Shown: piece after piece, positions 19,637 through 29,784 of the stretch
Position numbering within the stretch: the stretch's first letter is position 1
Layout of the letters: each line of letters starts with the position of its first letter
Source: Barthelona sp. PCE
Taxonomy: Eukaryota
Assembly: GCA_040285745.1 (NCBI GenBank)
Contig: JAUFOR010000002.1
Location: forward strand, 1,612,001-1,676,000
Direction of reading: 5' to 3'
DNA length: 64,000 bases
The notes under the pieces: generated by a model
Databases searched by the model: none
What the model saw: the letters and a program-made list of their open reading frames with translations, nothing else
What the model was told of the DNA's origin: nothing
Program-made: the position numbers and the translations under genes

Positions 19637-21814
19637 ATGGTTTTTGCAGGTGTTGTCTTAAACGATGATAAATTGGACTTTACCAACTTTCACACATGTA
19701 TAGCCAGTTTTCAATCAACATCTCTTCCTGTTGGTACGTTACCTATAGATAAGTTTTATTTACCACGAATTATCATAGCTATTGTATACGAACTCGCATC
19801 GACGGCTGGTAAAAAGAAGGTATATGCATTTCATGAAGTTAATGAACGAATGATGCATTATTTTGATCTACGCGGATACAGTGCTCTTGGTATACTCAAG
19901 GCTACCCTTCGTATATTATATGCAAAGGAGTACAAAAATGTATTTGTTGGAAAACAAGCCGTTCGTTCAATGCAAATTTTTTGGACTGGTACAGATGTTG
20001 ATTTTTTGGAAATCCGAGCCTCTTTGGCATGTAGTACCATCTGTTCAAGGTTCCCGGGTCTTGCTGAAATATATAGTTATCAAACATTTGGAAATGAATA
20101 TTCATTTTATTTCAAGTTTGCAGGACAAATACAAAAAAATAGATGCAGGGGATTTGGTCAATACCATCCAATGGTCTTTGACGGTGGAATGACTGCCATA
20201 GAATGTTGTGATGAATGGAACAATCATCCACAAATTGATGTTAGTTTAGATATGTTGGCACCCCTCAAATTATATTATATCGGTCCATCTTTTGTTAAGT
20301 CGGACCCAATAATAACAAGACCGGACCCGAATGTGTATCGTACTCCAACTGTTCCAGAAACTAACAGTTCATATTTCTCAAACACATCAGAAGAAATTGG
20401 AAGTATAAGTGAACATAAGAGAATTGATAAACATAGACGAACTAATAAGCCATTGTCAACAATGAAAAATATTGACCTTGATTTCTGTTACTATAAAAGA
20501 CAGTTTAAATCAACAGATAGGATAATTCCTATGGAATGTTATTGGGTACATGTGTTTGAACATAATAGACACCTTGCAGGTTTAATGAATTTGGTATCTG
20601 TCAACGGTGAAAAAGTGAAGGTTAGAGATATATATAATCTGTATGATGATTATGGTTCCAGGGATAGCAAAAATGAGATATGGAATGGAGAAGTTGAAAA
20701 AGTTAAACTAAATTTTCAACCCTGTTCATTAGAATTCTTTCGTTCTAATTATCCTGATTCAGTAACCAATATTGAAGTGTTATATGATGAGATCACCCAA
20801 CATATCGAAGAAGTTGAAAGCAAAACCAAAGAGCTTTTTGAGTTATACGCCAGTAAGCACTTCATGCAAGCTCCTGTATCTTTAAAGAATTACAATAGTT
20901 TTAACAAATCCATCATATATGATTTGAACAATCTGGCTCATCATATGTTAATGCAACTGATTGATGATGAGGAACTGCAGATCTTACGTCCTTTCACAAG
21001 ATTTATGGTTGATCTAGTCATCAAACCATCAAGGATCATGGAACCGGGTAACGCTCAAATTTCTTATGTGCTTTATATAACGCTTATCCAAATATTAACA
21101 TTCATCAAGCTTATATCTGTGGATGTTACCAGTGAAGATATGGTTTCCATAGTTAAAACACTTTGTGGAGGTAATACAACCAGGCTATTCACATCTATTC
21201 AGCCTTGGATATACCTGAAATTTGGTGGTCTAATCAACTGCCTTGATTTACTTAGATTAACTATTGGAGAAAGACTATGTATTTTTAGCAATGCTATTTT
21301 ATTTGATGGTATCGTGGGTAGATCTAAAACTATGGGTGTCTACCAATATAAAGCTTATTACAAAACTTATGAAGAATTCATTTCTTCTGAACCGTTACAG
21401 GATTATCCACTTTTTAAGCTTCCTTTATCTTTAAGCGCAAAGACAAGGAGGATCAGCGATGATCCGTATAAAAATCAATACAATATTGAAAATGATGTTG
21501 TACTTGTGGACAGTGATGTTTTTGTATCTAGACCTACCGTTGTAGATTTGACCAAAATCCCCAATAGATTTGCATCTAGACATACATCTCATCGTGATAC
21601 GGCTGAAAACAACAAAAAATCGGATTCTTCTATTGAGCGAAAAATTATTAAGCATTTTGTGGAGAGTATGGATCATTGGAACATTTGGACAAAAATATTA
21701 TGTCTGGAACCGGTTTTTTTGGAAGAAGTTCATGCAACTATGAAGGGTTTGGGTATCTCAAAACGGGCATTGAGGAAGTATTTTGAAGACAACCACATTT
21801 TTTTCAAGTGTTAG
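19637..21814 (+). CDS. Uncharacterised protein with a possible C-terminal SLX4 (Slx1-binding CCD) domain
   Basis: Long ORF. C-terminal IWTKILCLEPVFLEEVHATMKGLGISKRALRKYFEDNHIFF resembles the Slx4 CCD pattern (KIL.YEPI.L.EL...L...G.......L..FLD...I.F). Confidence 0.6.
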   Translation: MVFAGVVLNDDKLDFTNFHTCIASFQSTSLPVGTLPIDKFYLPRIIIAIVYELASTAGKKKVYAFHEVNERMMHYFDLRGYSALGILKATLRILYAKEYKNVFVGKQAVRSMQIFWTGTDVDFLEIRASLACSTICSRFPGLAEIYSYQTFGNEYSFYFKFAGQIQKNRCRGFGQYHPMVFDGGMTAIECCDEWNNHPQIDVSLDMLAPLKLYYIGPSFVKSDPIITRPDPNVYRTPTVPETNSSYFSNTSEEIGSISEHKRIDKHRRTNKPLSTMKNIDLDFCYYKRQFKSTDRIIPMECYWVHVFEHNRHLAGLMNLVSVNGEKVKVRDIYNLYDDYGSRDSKNEIWNGEVEKVKLNFQPCSLEFFRSNYPDSVTNIEVLYDEITQHIEEVESKTKELFELYASKHFMQAPVSLKNYNSFNKSIIYDLNNLAHHMLMQLIDDEELQILRPFTRFMVDLVIKPSRIMEPGNAQISYVLYITLIQILTFIKLISVDVTSEDMVSIVKTLCGGNTTRLFTSIQPWIYLKFGGLINCLDLLRLTIGERLCIFSNAILFDGIVGRSKTMGVYQYKAYYKTYEEFISSEPLQDYPLFKLPLSLSAKTRRISDDPYKNQYNIENDVVLVDSDVFVSRPTVVDLTKIPNRFASRHTSHRDTAENNKKSDSSIERKIIKHFVESMDHWNIWTKILCLEPVFLEEVHATMKGLGISKRALRKYFEDNHIFFKC

Positions 21815-21894
21815 AAGAAATAAATTATTACTGAAGCATACCTTCAAGTACTGATTTCACTTGGCAAATGCTGAATTGTTTCAAAAATTACTCA

Positions 21895-22016
21895 TAGAAA
21901 TTCACATTCCATTGAAAAAACCGTGGATCTTTTGATCTAAACTATTGGCATACTGGGTGTGTTTCAGACTGACTTTTGAAATAAAAGCATAACATGAAGA
22001 GAACGTTGAAATTCCA
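21895..22016 (+). repeat. Left terminal inverted repeat (122 bp)
   Basis: TAGAAATTCACATTCCATTGAAAAAACCGTGG...GTTGAAATTCCA is the reverse complement of 23324-23446 except for one substitution and one 1-nt indel. Confidence 0.95.
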
Positions 22017-23163
22017 GTGTGCAAACACATTTACATTCATTCTTCACGGTGCATTCTTTGAAAATATAATTACAATGATAAGCAGATGCAGTGAATCAAT
22101 CAATCAATCTACCACTTGGCGCAATTACTGAAGTGGTAGAACAGCCACGAGAGTACCAAAATAACTTGTACGTTGAGATTACAACCAAAAATGAAGGTCA
22201 GCACCGTGTATCTTACCGATATATTGTCTCTGGTGGTATTTATGCAAGGTATACAGACTTCAATTCTGAGAAATATTGTATTTTCGCCCATGAAGCTAGT
22301 GTTGATCTCTACAACAACCAAATCAGACAATCTGGCGCAAAAATTGGTAATGGAAGCTTGACAAAAGCTCAGGGTCAAATTTGTAGTTTAAACATATTCA
22401 CAGGGAAAATTTGGATACATCAGCTGGATTTAATGGAACAGGCAAGGATTATAAGGTCTTTGTGTACTGAAAGAAATCATATAATTAAAAGGAGCTTCCT
22501 CCCAGATGAATATATTAACAGAATTTTGTTGGATAAATATACACAGGGAGTATTACAGCTTTACACACTGATTTTGAACTGGAGATAGGTAATGAATTCA
22601 GGAAAATTGGAAGTTACAAAGGCTTGGTTGCCCATATCATTTCCATTCTCTGTTCCAATTTTGATGCATGTTACTCTGCTTCCTGCGAAAGTCGGGAGAA
22701 GGGAATTGAACATTATCAAACCGTTGAAGAGAGATCAAATGGTTCTCCATGCCAATTTGTTACAAATTCTGTAGTCTCCCCAGGACGAGTAAGACGAGTA
22801 AGACAAACGAGAACAATTGGCGGCACACCAACACGTATTCAAAGGACTGAGCAGGATAAGTATGATTTTTCCGACCAGGGTGTGCGTGAAACTGATATCC
22901 GTCTAGCGCTTGCCTATGGTCACACGAATCCAGCAGTGAAAGGTGTGGAAAAGATACGGGAATTAGTGCATAAGTACAAAAACACTGTAGCAAGTAATGC
23001 TGGTGTTGAGCGTGGGTTTTCCAATTTAAAAAATGCTCATAGTGCAAAGCAAACAAGAATTAAACCGAAATTGCGGTATAGTTGGTACGTGTTCAATAAT
23101 AGTACTGCAACATCAGCAATTTCCATCAAAGATTTTAGAGCTCTAAGGTTCGTTCAGGAGTGA
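22017..23163 (+). pseudogene. Fragmented hAT transposase (C-terminal dimerisation-domain remnant)
   Basis: The 22624-23163 frame encodes ELVHKYKNTVASNAGVERGFSNLKNAHSAKQTRIKP, matching the hAT SS.xxERxFS motif. The upstream portion is broken into short ORFs in several frames. Confidence 0.75.
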
Positions 23164-23323
23164 AGAATAACCAGAAAATGAGTAAGAAGTTCATTGTATT
23201 TATTTCGCTTTTACTGTACGTATTTTGGGATATTTACATAGTACTCTAACCCTTTTAGGTCTTAAAATAGGTCTTAAAATAAAAAAGTATAAACCACTTT
23301 GACCCACGAGTTTTCAAACCTCA

Positions 23324-23446
23324 TGGAATTTCAACGTTCTCTTCATGTTATGCTTTTATTTCAAAAAGTCAGTCTGAAACACACCCAGTATGCCAATAGT
23401 TTAGATCAAAAGAGCCACGGTTTTTTCAATGGAATGTGAATTTCTA
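23324..23446 (-). repeat. Right terminal inverted repeat (123 bp)
   Basis: TGGAATTTCAACGTTCTC...GGAATGTGAATTTCTA mirrors the left TIR. Confidence 0.95.
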
Positions 23447-23486
23447 ATTACTCCCTTTTCATAATAATTTGAAGAAAATATATTCA

Positions 23487-25397
23487 ATGTTATTGGTGTC
23501 AAATCGTGACGACTGCACGTATTTAGTTGCAAAATTGGATGATAATGAATTGGAAGCTTTAAATTATCACATTGTTATAGACATATGTGATCAGTTCCAT
23601 GGGTTTGATGATTGTGGCCCCTTTTTTCACGTCATTGGTCCTGGTTATCTGTTTTATACAATTGAAAATGGTGGGGATACAGTTTTTTCGATTAAAATCT
23701 TTAGGATCTTGAACGATGATGGATTTTGTTTAGCAAACATCATTGAAGGTGTTCAGTCTGAACCATTTGCAGTTATTAGTTACAGCCAATATATAACCAG
23801 AGATGGTAGCAATTACAATCTTCACCAAAAATTAGAAATTGGTGAAAATATCTCTCAAATTGAATGTATAAGAGGTATGTATCATGTAAGAACGATGAAC
23901 ACTACAGCCCTTTACTTTAGAGATGACAATGGTACCCTTTATGCTTTTAATACAAGTGAACTAAAATTAACAAGCATTGGAATTGAGGTAAGTGATGATT
24001 CTTGTGTTTTAGGAGTGGGTAAACATTGTGAACTCATAACATTATATGATTTGATTATTTGTGACAGTGGGATTTATAGTTATAGTAACATCTTAACAAA
24101 ACTAACTGACCAATCAGTTCCAAAGAGATATTTTTCAAGATGGGCATATTTTGTTGATGAATGTATTGTTATTTCTACCCATTCATGTTATTTTATTCTA
24201 AAAAATGGTTTGTTAAACAAATCTGGTGAAAAACAGGGTATCATACCACATTGTATTTATCATGGTTATGAAGATCGTGAAGATGAATCGAAAATTATTG
24301 TAGAAATCCTAGAAGATAGTTACTTTTATTGTTACATTTCAGTTGAAAAAATTCCATCAACAACAGAAACAATAGGAACAGAATTTGAGTTTGACAATGA
24401 CTATTTTCTTGATCATGAGTTCATATTTAAGGGCAAAAACAATGATTCCATATGTACATTTAATTTTTTTGATAGGAAATTAAACTTATTTGCAACTGAT
24501 AAAGATAAATGGATGCTGCCCATACTTACTCCGTTCTGGGACAGTTACTTTTTAAGTGCATATGAACGTGTAGCAGGTTTTAAACGAGTTTTAGATAATG
24601 GAGTTGTTCAACAATGGATTATAACCAACAAAGCATATTCAGAAGAAGTATTCATTGTTGTGTTTGAAAACGAGATTAGGATCAGGGTCATCCCAATTGT
24701 AGTTGAAAACATGTTTGGTGATGATTGTACTTACTTAACGTTTAAAGTTTTTGAAAAAGACACAGTTTTTTTTTCTAGCGTTGAAGGTTTCTACATTATT
24801 CATGATGCATTGACATCCCCAAACGTCAAATATCACAATCCAGTTAACGCAGAATGTTCAGGTGCAGTTGTTTTTGATTCTTTAATACAAAAAATTCTTT
24901 TTTCAGCTAATAGACAGCGAGATGATGCATGGTTTCTTATTGTTTACGATCTTGAGACCCGCCAATACTTCCATAGCAATGAAGACGAAGAAACCAATAT
25001 GAAAAGATACTGTCCACTGTTTGGATCATCTTTTGACAGTGTTGTGGTTGTTCCTGATTATGATGGTGATGTTCCATCGTACATATGTTCAGTATATGTT
25101 GACAATGGTGTTGTTAAATATAAGCAATTGGCCAACTTTCACATATATTTTCAAACATTTCAACAACTAACAACAAATTCTTTTCTTTTGATTCAAATAG
25201 ATTTGAAGAATGAAGTCTTTATTGAATATACTGTTTGTTTGGAATTCAATACTGATTGCGATTCATTTGAATGTCAGATTAACAACGTGTCAAAAAGTTT
25301 CAGCACTGTTTTTAGTGAGTGTGATACAGTGATTAATCATATGATAATGTGGTCAAGAGATGAATCAAATCTTTTCTTGCTGAATGATTCGCAATAA
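23487..25397 (+). CDS. Uncharacterised AT-rich, beta-strand-rich protein (possible propeller)
   Basis: Open frame of ~636 codons from ATG 23487, 28 nt after a CCCTTT motif. No family motif recognised. Confidence 0.65.
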   Translation: MLLVSNRDDCTYLVAKLDDNELEALNYHIVIDICDQFHGFDDCGPFFHVIGPGYLFYTIENGGDTVFSIKIFRILNDDGFCLANIIEGVQSEPFAVISYSQYITRDGSNYNLHQKLEIGENISQIECIRGMYHVRTMNTTALYFRDDNGTLYAFNTSELKLTSIGIEVSDDSCVLGVGKHCELITLYDLIICDSGIYSYSNILTKLTDQSVPKRYFSRWAYFVDECIVISTHSCYFILKNGLLNKSGEKQGIIPHCIYHGYEDREDESKIIVEILEDSYFYCYISVEKIPSTTETIGTEFEFDNDYFLDHEFIFKGKNNDSICTFNFFDRKLNLFATDKDKWMLPILTPFWDSYFLSAYERVAGFKRVLDNGVVQQWIITNKAYSEEVFIVVFENEIRIRVIPIVVENMFGDDCTYLTFKVFEKDTVFFSSVEGFYIIHDALTSPNVKYHNPVNAECSGAVVFDSLIQKILFSANRQRDDAWFLIVYDLETRQYFHSNEDEETNMKRYCPLFGSSFDSVVVVPDYDGDVPSYICSVYVDNGVVKYKQLANFHIYFQTFQQLTTNSFLLIQIDLKNEVFIEYTVCLEFNTDCDSFECQINNVSKSFSTVFSECDTVINHMIMWSRDESNLFLLNDSQ

Positions 25398-25694
25398 TCT
25401 ACCAGATTCAAATTGGTGATGTTGAATCAGAGAAAGACCAGAATGGGTTTGAGTTCAAAATCTCCTCTATCACTTGGTGTATTTTTTTTTTACAGGAGAC
25501 AGGCGAAGCCTGTCGAGTGATGGTTTGTCAGAGGACAACTGAATGAACACATTGGACACAATGTATTCGACGGTCCTACCTTCAATCTTTAGAACTTATA
25601 AATCGCTTAGTTCACTATCCCACTTCTATTCTCATGAGTGCCATTGAGACTGTTGAGTCATGTTAAGTGCTAAAATCTTTATTATTAAGACTAT

Positions 25695-26477
25695 CTACAG
25701 ATGCTCAAGCAGTTCTGAAAAATTTTCAACAATAATTGTTGGTTCGTAGTTCTTCATACCAAGATAAGAGTAATCACGTGAATCATAAAGTTTATAACGT
25801 GTATACAAACATGCAGCACCGAAACCTGCATTTAATGGTCCGACAATATCACATAATGGTGTGTCACCAACGTACATAATTTCACTTTTGTTATAACCGT
25901 GCGCTTCCTTAACTCTTGAAGCAACTTCTTCGAATACGGAAGCATGTGGCTTAACACGATTGAAATCACCGCTAGCAATCACAAAGTCAAATAAATGATT
26001 GGTACCACTCTTTGTAATGATATCTCTTACTGTTTGTCCACATGGATAGTTAGAAAACACGCAAAGGATGTATCCCTTATCTTTGAGTGCCTGGAGAACA
26101 GCTGGAGTTTCAGGGAGCATCGCTACAGAATCAGAAAACGCATCACGTCGTAAATCACACAATCTGCTAAGTTCTTCATCACTAATAACAGGTTCTTCTA
26201 TGTTAGTCAATTCACAAAGCTGACTGATCATCATTCTGTAGTTCACATCAATAGAATTCTCAAAAAAATCAACGCCTTTCTGAAATGGACGTTCGATTTC
26301 TTCAACCCAAGATTTGTTGTATTGATCATCACTACATGGGATATTCAGCACGTTTCTAAGTGTGTTTTTGATATGTGCATCCACTACTCTAGCTTGATCG
26401 TTGCCAAAGCCCACTAAAGTATTCCCAACATCAAAACAAAGTACCTTAACATTACTCAATGCGTCTTGACTACTCAT
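25695..26477 (-). CDS. HAD-superfamily hydrolase (subfamily IA)
   Basis: Motif I FDVGNTL, motif II FSN, motif III KPHASVF and motif IV YVGDTPLCDIVG. Confidence 0.9.
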   Translation of the reverse strand: MSSQDALSNVKVLCFDVGNTLVGFGNDQARVVDAHIKNTLRNVLNIPCSDDQYNKSWVEEIERPFQKGVDFFENSIDVNYRMMISQLCELTNIEEPVISDEELSRLCDLRRDAFSDSVAMLPETPAVLQALKDKGYILCVFSNYPCGQTVRDIITKSGTNHLFDFVIASGDFNRVKPHASVFEEVASRVKEAHGYNKSEIMYVGDTPLCDIVGPLNAGFGAACLYTRYKLYDSRDYSYLGMKNYEPTIIVENFSELLEHL

Positions 26478-26555
26478 TTATGTGTGCCTACCGGTTGAAA
26501 GATAGAAAAGAAAGATAGAAAATGATTTGTGAAATATAAAAATTTATTCGTATCT

Positions 26556-29480
26556 TTACATTGAGTATTCCAATACGAAACGCTTCCCTGAATCACTTTT
26601 TGCATGAGTCTTAACTACAACTGCCGGATCATCATCCAATCTACTTACAATCTTGGGCTTTGGTGTTTTATCAATAACTACAACATCAGTCCTCTTTTCA
26701 ACAGCAGCAGACTCTTCCTCAATGTCAACTACAAAACTAGCATGCTTTTCTGTAGGAGTTATTTCCAGTTCCTGTTCGGACATGACTTCTTCCTCAGTTG
26801 ATACATCATTTGGCAATGGTAAATCGCTGACACCAACGTCTACCTCAAGAGGAGGTAATTGATCGTGACTTTTTGAAAGCCCTATCTCAATCATGTGCAT
26901 TTCAGTCTTGTTCATTAGACCCTCAGCTGACAATGGCCTAGCACCTGTATTAGAACCCGTATTACTCATTCTACGTCTGAGAACACGTTTAGCTTCCTCG
27001 ACATCGAAACTTGCTGCAGCACCTCCTTTACCATCAAAGAAGGAGGTATCAACATTCTTTGATATTTGTCGTCTCTGTGCGGCAATTCTTGCTGGTGTCG
27101 GTTTGTGAGGTTTGGGGTGCGTACTTTCTGTTATAAAAGGAGACTGGAAATCATCAGCCATCTCAAGAATACTGTGATGATGTGTAGGTGTAGCAAGAGG
27201 GCTATCAAGAATCGTAGGTGGATCGAGCGGTTTCATTGCAACTGGAGTCAATGTGTTTGCTTTCTCAACTGTTTTTGAAGCTACAGGTGTTCTACTCATC
27301 AGTTTTCCTGCAGGAAGTGGCCTATTACATGCAAGGCATACACCTGCAAAATGTCCTTCACCGCCACTAAACAAATCAGTGATCTCAGCTGTACTCTTAA
27401 CCTCCTTTGTTAGATTAGTAACCTTCTTTCCAATCTTTTGTACTGTACGTTTCTCAGCTTTTTGAGATACATCTTTTTGGATCGTTGTAATTGTTCTATC
27501 GAATTTTTGAGAACTAGAGCGTGTGATCTCGTTCAAACGAAGGTTTAATTTATCAATGTTTTCGAGAATCTGCTCGCTAAAGCTGGACATTGACGTTTTG
27601 TCAACCTTCCTTTCAAGATCCGCAAGATTCGCCTTCATTTGAATCTGACGCTGCACAAAATCACGTGATGCACTATGTTCCACCAGATCACTAACACTAG
27701 ACTGTAGAGCAAGCATATTCGTCTCCACCTGTTGCAGTCTACTGATTACACTATCAATCTTTTTGTTTGTTTCTTTGTTATCATCGATTAACTCATCAAT
27801 TCTTGAATCAACTCTCTCAAACTCCTCTTTAGACACCTGATTCTCCTGCATCATTGATTTAGTATCATTCAAGAAGGTCACCTGATCTTTCATAACAACA
27901 ACCTGTTTCTTCAGCCTTATGAACTCTTCAGCGTTTGCTTTCTCTCTGTGTAAATCAACAAGCTGTCTTTGTAACTTACCTAAATCATCTTGCACTCCTT
28001 CTGCTGCTTCACGCAGATATATCATATCACTCTGCAGCGAAGGATCCATCTTAAATATTTGTGCTGCACTCAGTACAACGTTTTGATTCACAGTGCTACT
28101 ATTACGTGACATAAGGATGGCACCACTTGTAGGACGACTGCGACGACCGCTCATTACACGACTACTGTTACGTTCAATTGTTTGTTTAAATGCTGCTTCA
28201 AAAGTATCATCGTCACTTAAGTTACCATCGATTTCAGACTCCTCCATCGTTGACAAAATGGCTTCAACCTCAAGTTCTTTCCCGTCATCCACATCCGCAG
28301 GATTATTTTCTCCATTTTCAAGAGCATCTGGTGCGAATGAATCAACAACGACATCGTGTGTGTTCGTTGTAAAATCAACATCATCAACAACAGGCGAAAC
28401 ATCAAAATCAAACATTTCAGCTTCCTCGATAGGAGACCCTGCACGACTGTTACTTTGTGACATAATCACATACCCACCGCTTGGATCGTATCCAATTGCC
28501 ATATCTTCAGGTTGATTATTATTCATCGACATCATTGGATTAGCAACTGATGAACTGACGCCTAACCCTTCGTAACTAAAGAGTTGCTCCTCCAACTTCT
28601 TGAATCTCTGATTATTTGACCTGGCGTGACTTTTCACCATCCCTAACAAGTTCTTGTGCTCAATCTCCAAAGACTTCATACTGTCTTGAGTATGCACAAG
28701 TGCCTTGGTTGATTTGCTCAATAACTTCTCATCTATACCACCACTTAAACTATTGTCGCCGAATATCGCAGTATTTTGCTGTTCTTCAAACAATGATGCT
28801 ATTGTAACAACCATAAATTCTTCATCAACCATATCAACCTTATTATAAACGTTAAGAGCGGAACTTAAAAGCTCAAATGCAGAATTTGCATCAACAAGTC
28901 TATGTTCCATATCTTTTTTTATATGATTCATAAGATGAATAATTTCATTCAAATTAGGTTGACTCCTTAACTTATCGGCAAGATCTCTCATCAATCGTGC
29001 AATATCAGGTGAAGGACATAGCACTGAAAGGGCTTGTAGTGCTGCAACACCTTTGACAGGAATTACACCATTCTTTAAAGTTAATCTATTTTCGCGATCA
29101 ATATCAACGAGATTTGATTCAAAACGACGAAAACCAAGTTGAAATTCACTTAACTGATTTTCAAACGTCTTCAAACGGCGCAATCGCCCCCGTAAACTGT
29201 CTAACCTTTTTGTAAGACTATCAACCTGTGATTTTGAAGCATAATCATCTAAAAATTGTGCTGCATGAGCTGATGAGCCCGGAGACATTGGCAACGGCGT
29301 GTTTCCACGGGTCTCCCGACTGTTAGATATCTCTGATTCCAGCTCTATTAGTCTAATTGTGAGACTCTCCATCTCTTCGGAAATCCCATCATCTTTGTTT
29401 CTAGAGACCTTCGCTATGGCTTCCTCCAGCTGGATAAGGCGTCTGTTTAATGGTTGAAGATCGATACTAATTAAATCCAT
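26556..29480 (-). CDS. Long coiled-coil protein, DUF4795/QRICH2-C16orf96-like
   Basis: Extensive heptads with KAN/KVD/KAE repeats, followed by GVCLACNRPL (CxxCxRP motif) and a low-complexity tail. Confidence 0.6.
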   Translation of the reverse strand: MDLISIDLQPLNRRLIQLEEAIAKVSRNKDDGISEEMESLTIRLIELESEISNSRETRGNTPLPMSPGSSAHAAQFLDDYASKSQVDSLTKRLDSLRGRLRRLKTFENQLSEFQLGFRRFESNLVDIDRENRLTLKNGVIPVKGVAALQALSVLCPSPDIARLMRDLADKLRSQPNLNEIIHLMNHIKKDMEHRLVDANSAFELLSSALNVYNKVDMVDEEFMVVTIASLFEEQQNTAIFGDNSLSGGIDEKLLSKSTKALVHTQDSMKSLEIEHKNLLGMVKSHARSNNQRFKKLEEQLFSYEGLGVSSSVANPMMSMNNNQPEDMAIGYDPSGGYVIMSQSNSRAGSPIEEAEMFDFDVSPVVDDVDFTTNTHDVVVDSFAPDALENGENNPADVDDGKELEVEAILSTMEESEIDGNLSDDDTFEAAFKQTIERNSSRVMSGRRSRPTSGAILMSRNSSTVNQNVVLSAAQIFKMDPSLQSDMIYLREAAEGVQDDLGKLQRQLVDLHREKANAEEFIRLKKQVVVMKDQVTFLNDTKSMMQENQVSKEEFERVDSRIDELIDDNKETNKKIDSVISRLQQVETNMLALQSSVSDLVEHSASRDFVQRQIQMKANLADLERKVDKTSMSSFSEQILENIDKLNLRLNEITRSSSQKFDRTITTIQKDVSQKAEKRTVQKIGKKVTNLTKEVKSTAEITDLFSGGEGHFAGVCLACNRPLPAGKLMSRTPVASKTVEKANTLTPVAMKPLDPPTILDSPLATPTHHHSILEMADDFQSPFITESTHPKPHKPTPARIAAQRRQISKNVDTSFFDGKGGAAASFDVEEAKRVLRRRMSNTGSNTGARPLSAEGLMNKTEMHMIEIGLSKSHDQLPPLEVDVGVSDLPLPNDVSTEEEVMSEQELEITPTEKHASFVVDIEEESAAVEKRTDVVVIDKTPKPKIVSRLDDDPAVVVKTHAKSDSGKRFVLEYSM

Positions 29481-29784
29481 CGTAAAGAAATATTAAATCA
29501 TAATTTTGTAAATAAATGCAGAAATTAAATGTGTTTGTATGGTACAGGTCGTACAAATAAAACGTTGCAAGCAGAAAAATACTGCAAAAGCAAAGAATAA
29601 GTCCGAAAATGGTAAAACGAAAATGTAGCACTTGTCCAACAGTTTAAAGTTTGGAGAATGTTTAAATCTGTTTATAAACAACAGTTCACAAAAGAAATGT
29701 ATGCATAATTTACTTTTCCAACGATATTTCCCACTCAAAGCTATTCCACTTCCCTTTTTCTCCACCTTTTCTAAAGCATAAAGA

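Larger units (their letters stand above)
21895..23446 (+). mobile_element. Degenerate, non-autonomous hAT-superfamily DNA transposon (~1.55 kb)
   Basis: TIRs at 21895-22016 and 23324-23446 begin with TAG and end with CTA. Flanks are ATTACTCA (21887-21894) and ATTACTCC (23447-23454), an 8-bp TSD matching at 7 of 8 positions. A transposase remnant lies inside. Confidence 0.92.

Noticed and set aside
22091-22588. 165-aa ORF inside the transposon as a cargo gene
   Set aside because: It has a GTG start and no recognisable motif. It is more simply an open stretch of decayed transposase sequence.
21855-23489. Idea that the hAT split the 5' coding end of the 23487 gene
   Set aside because: Removing the element extends the frame only about 13 codons, to a TGA at 21852, with no ATG. 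This is compatible with chance, and a CCCTTT motif supports ATG 23487.
25498-25514. Rho-independent terminator
   Set aside because: The genome is eukaryotic, and the T tract precedes rather than follows the hairpin on the + strand.
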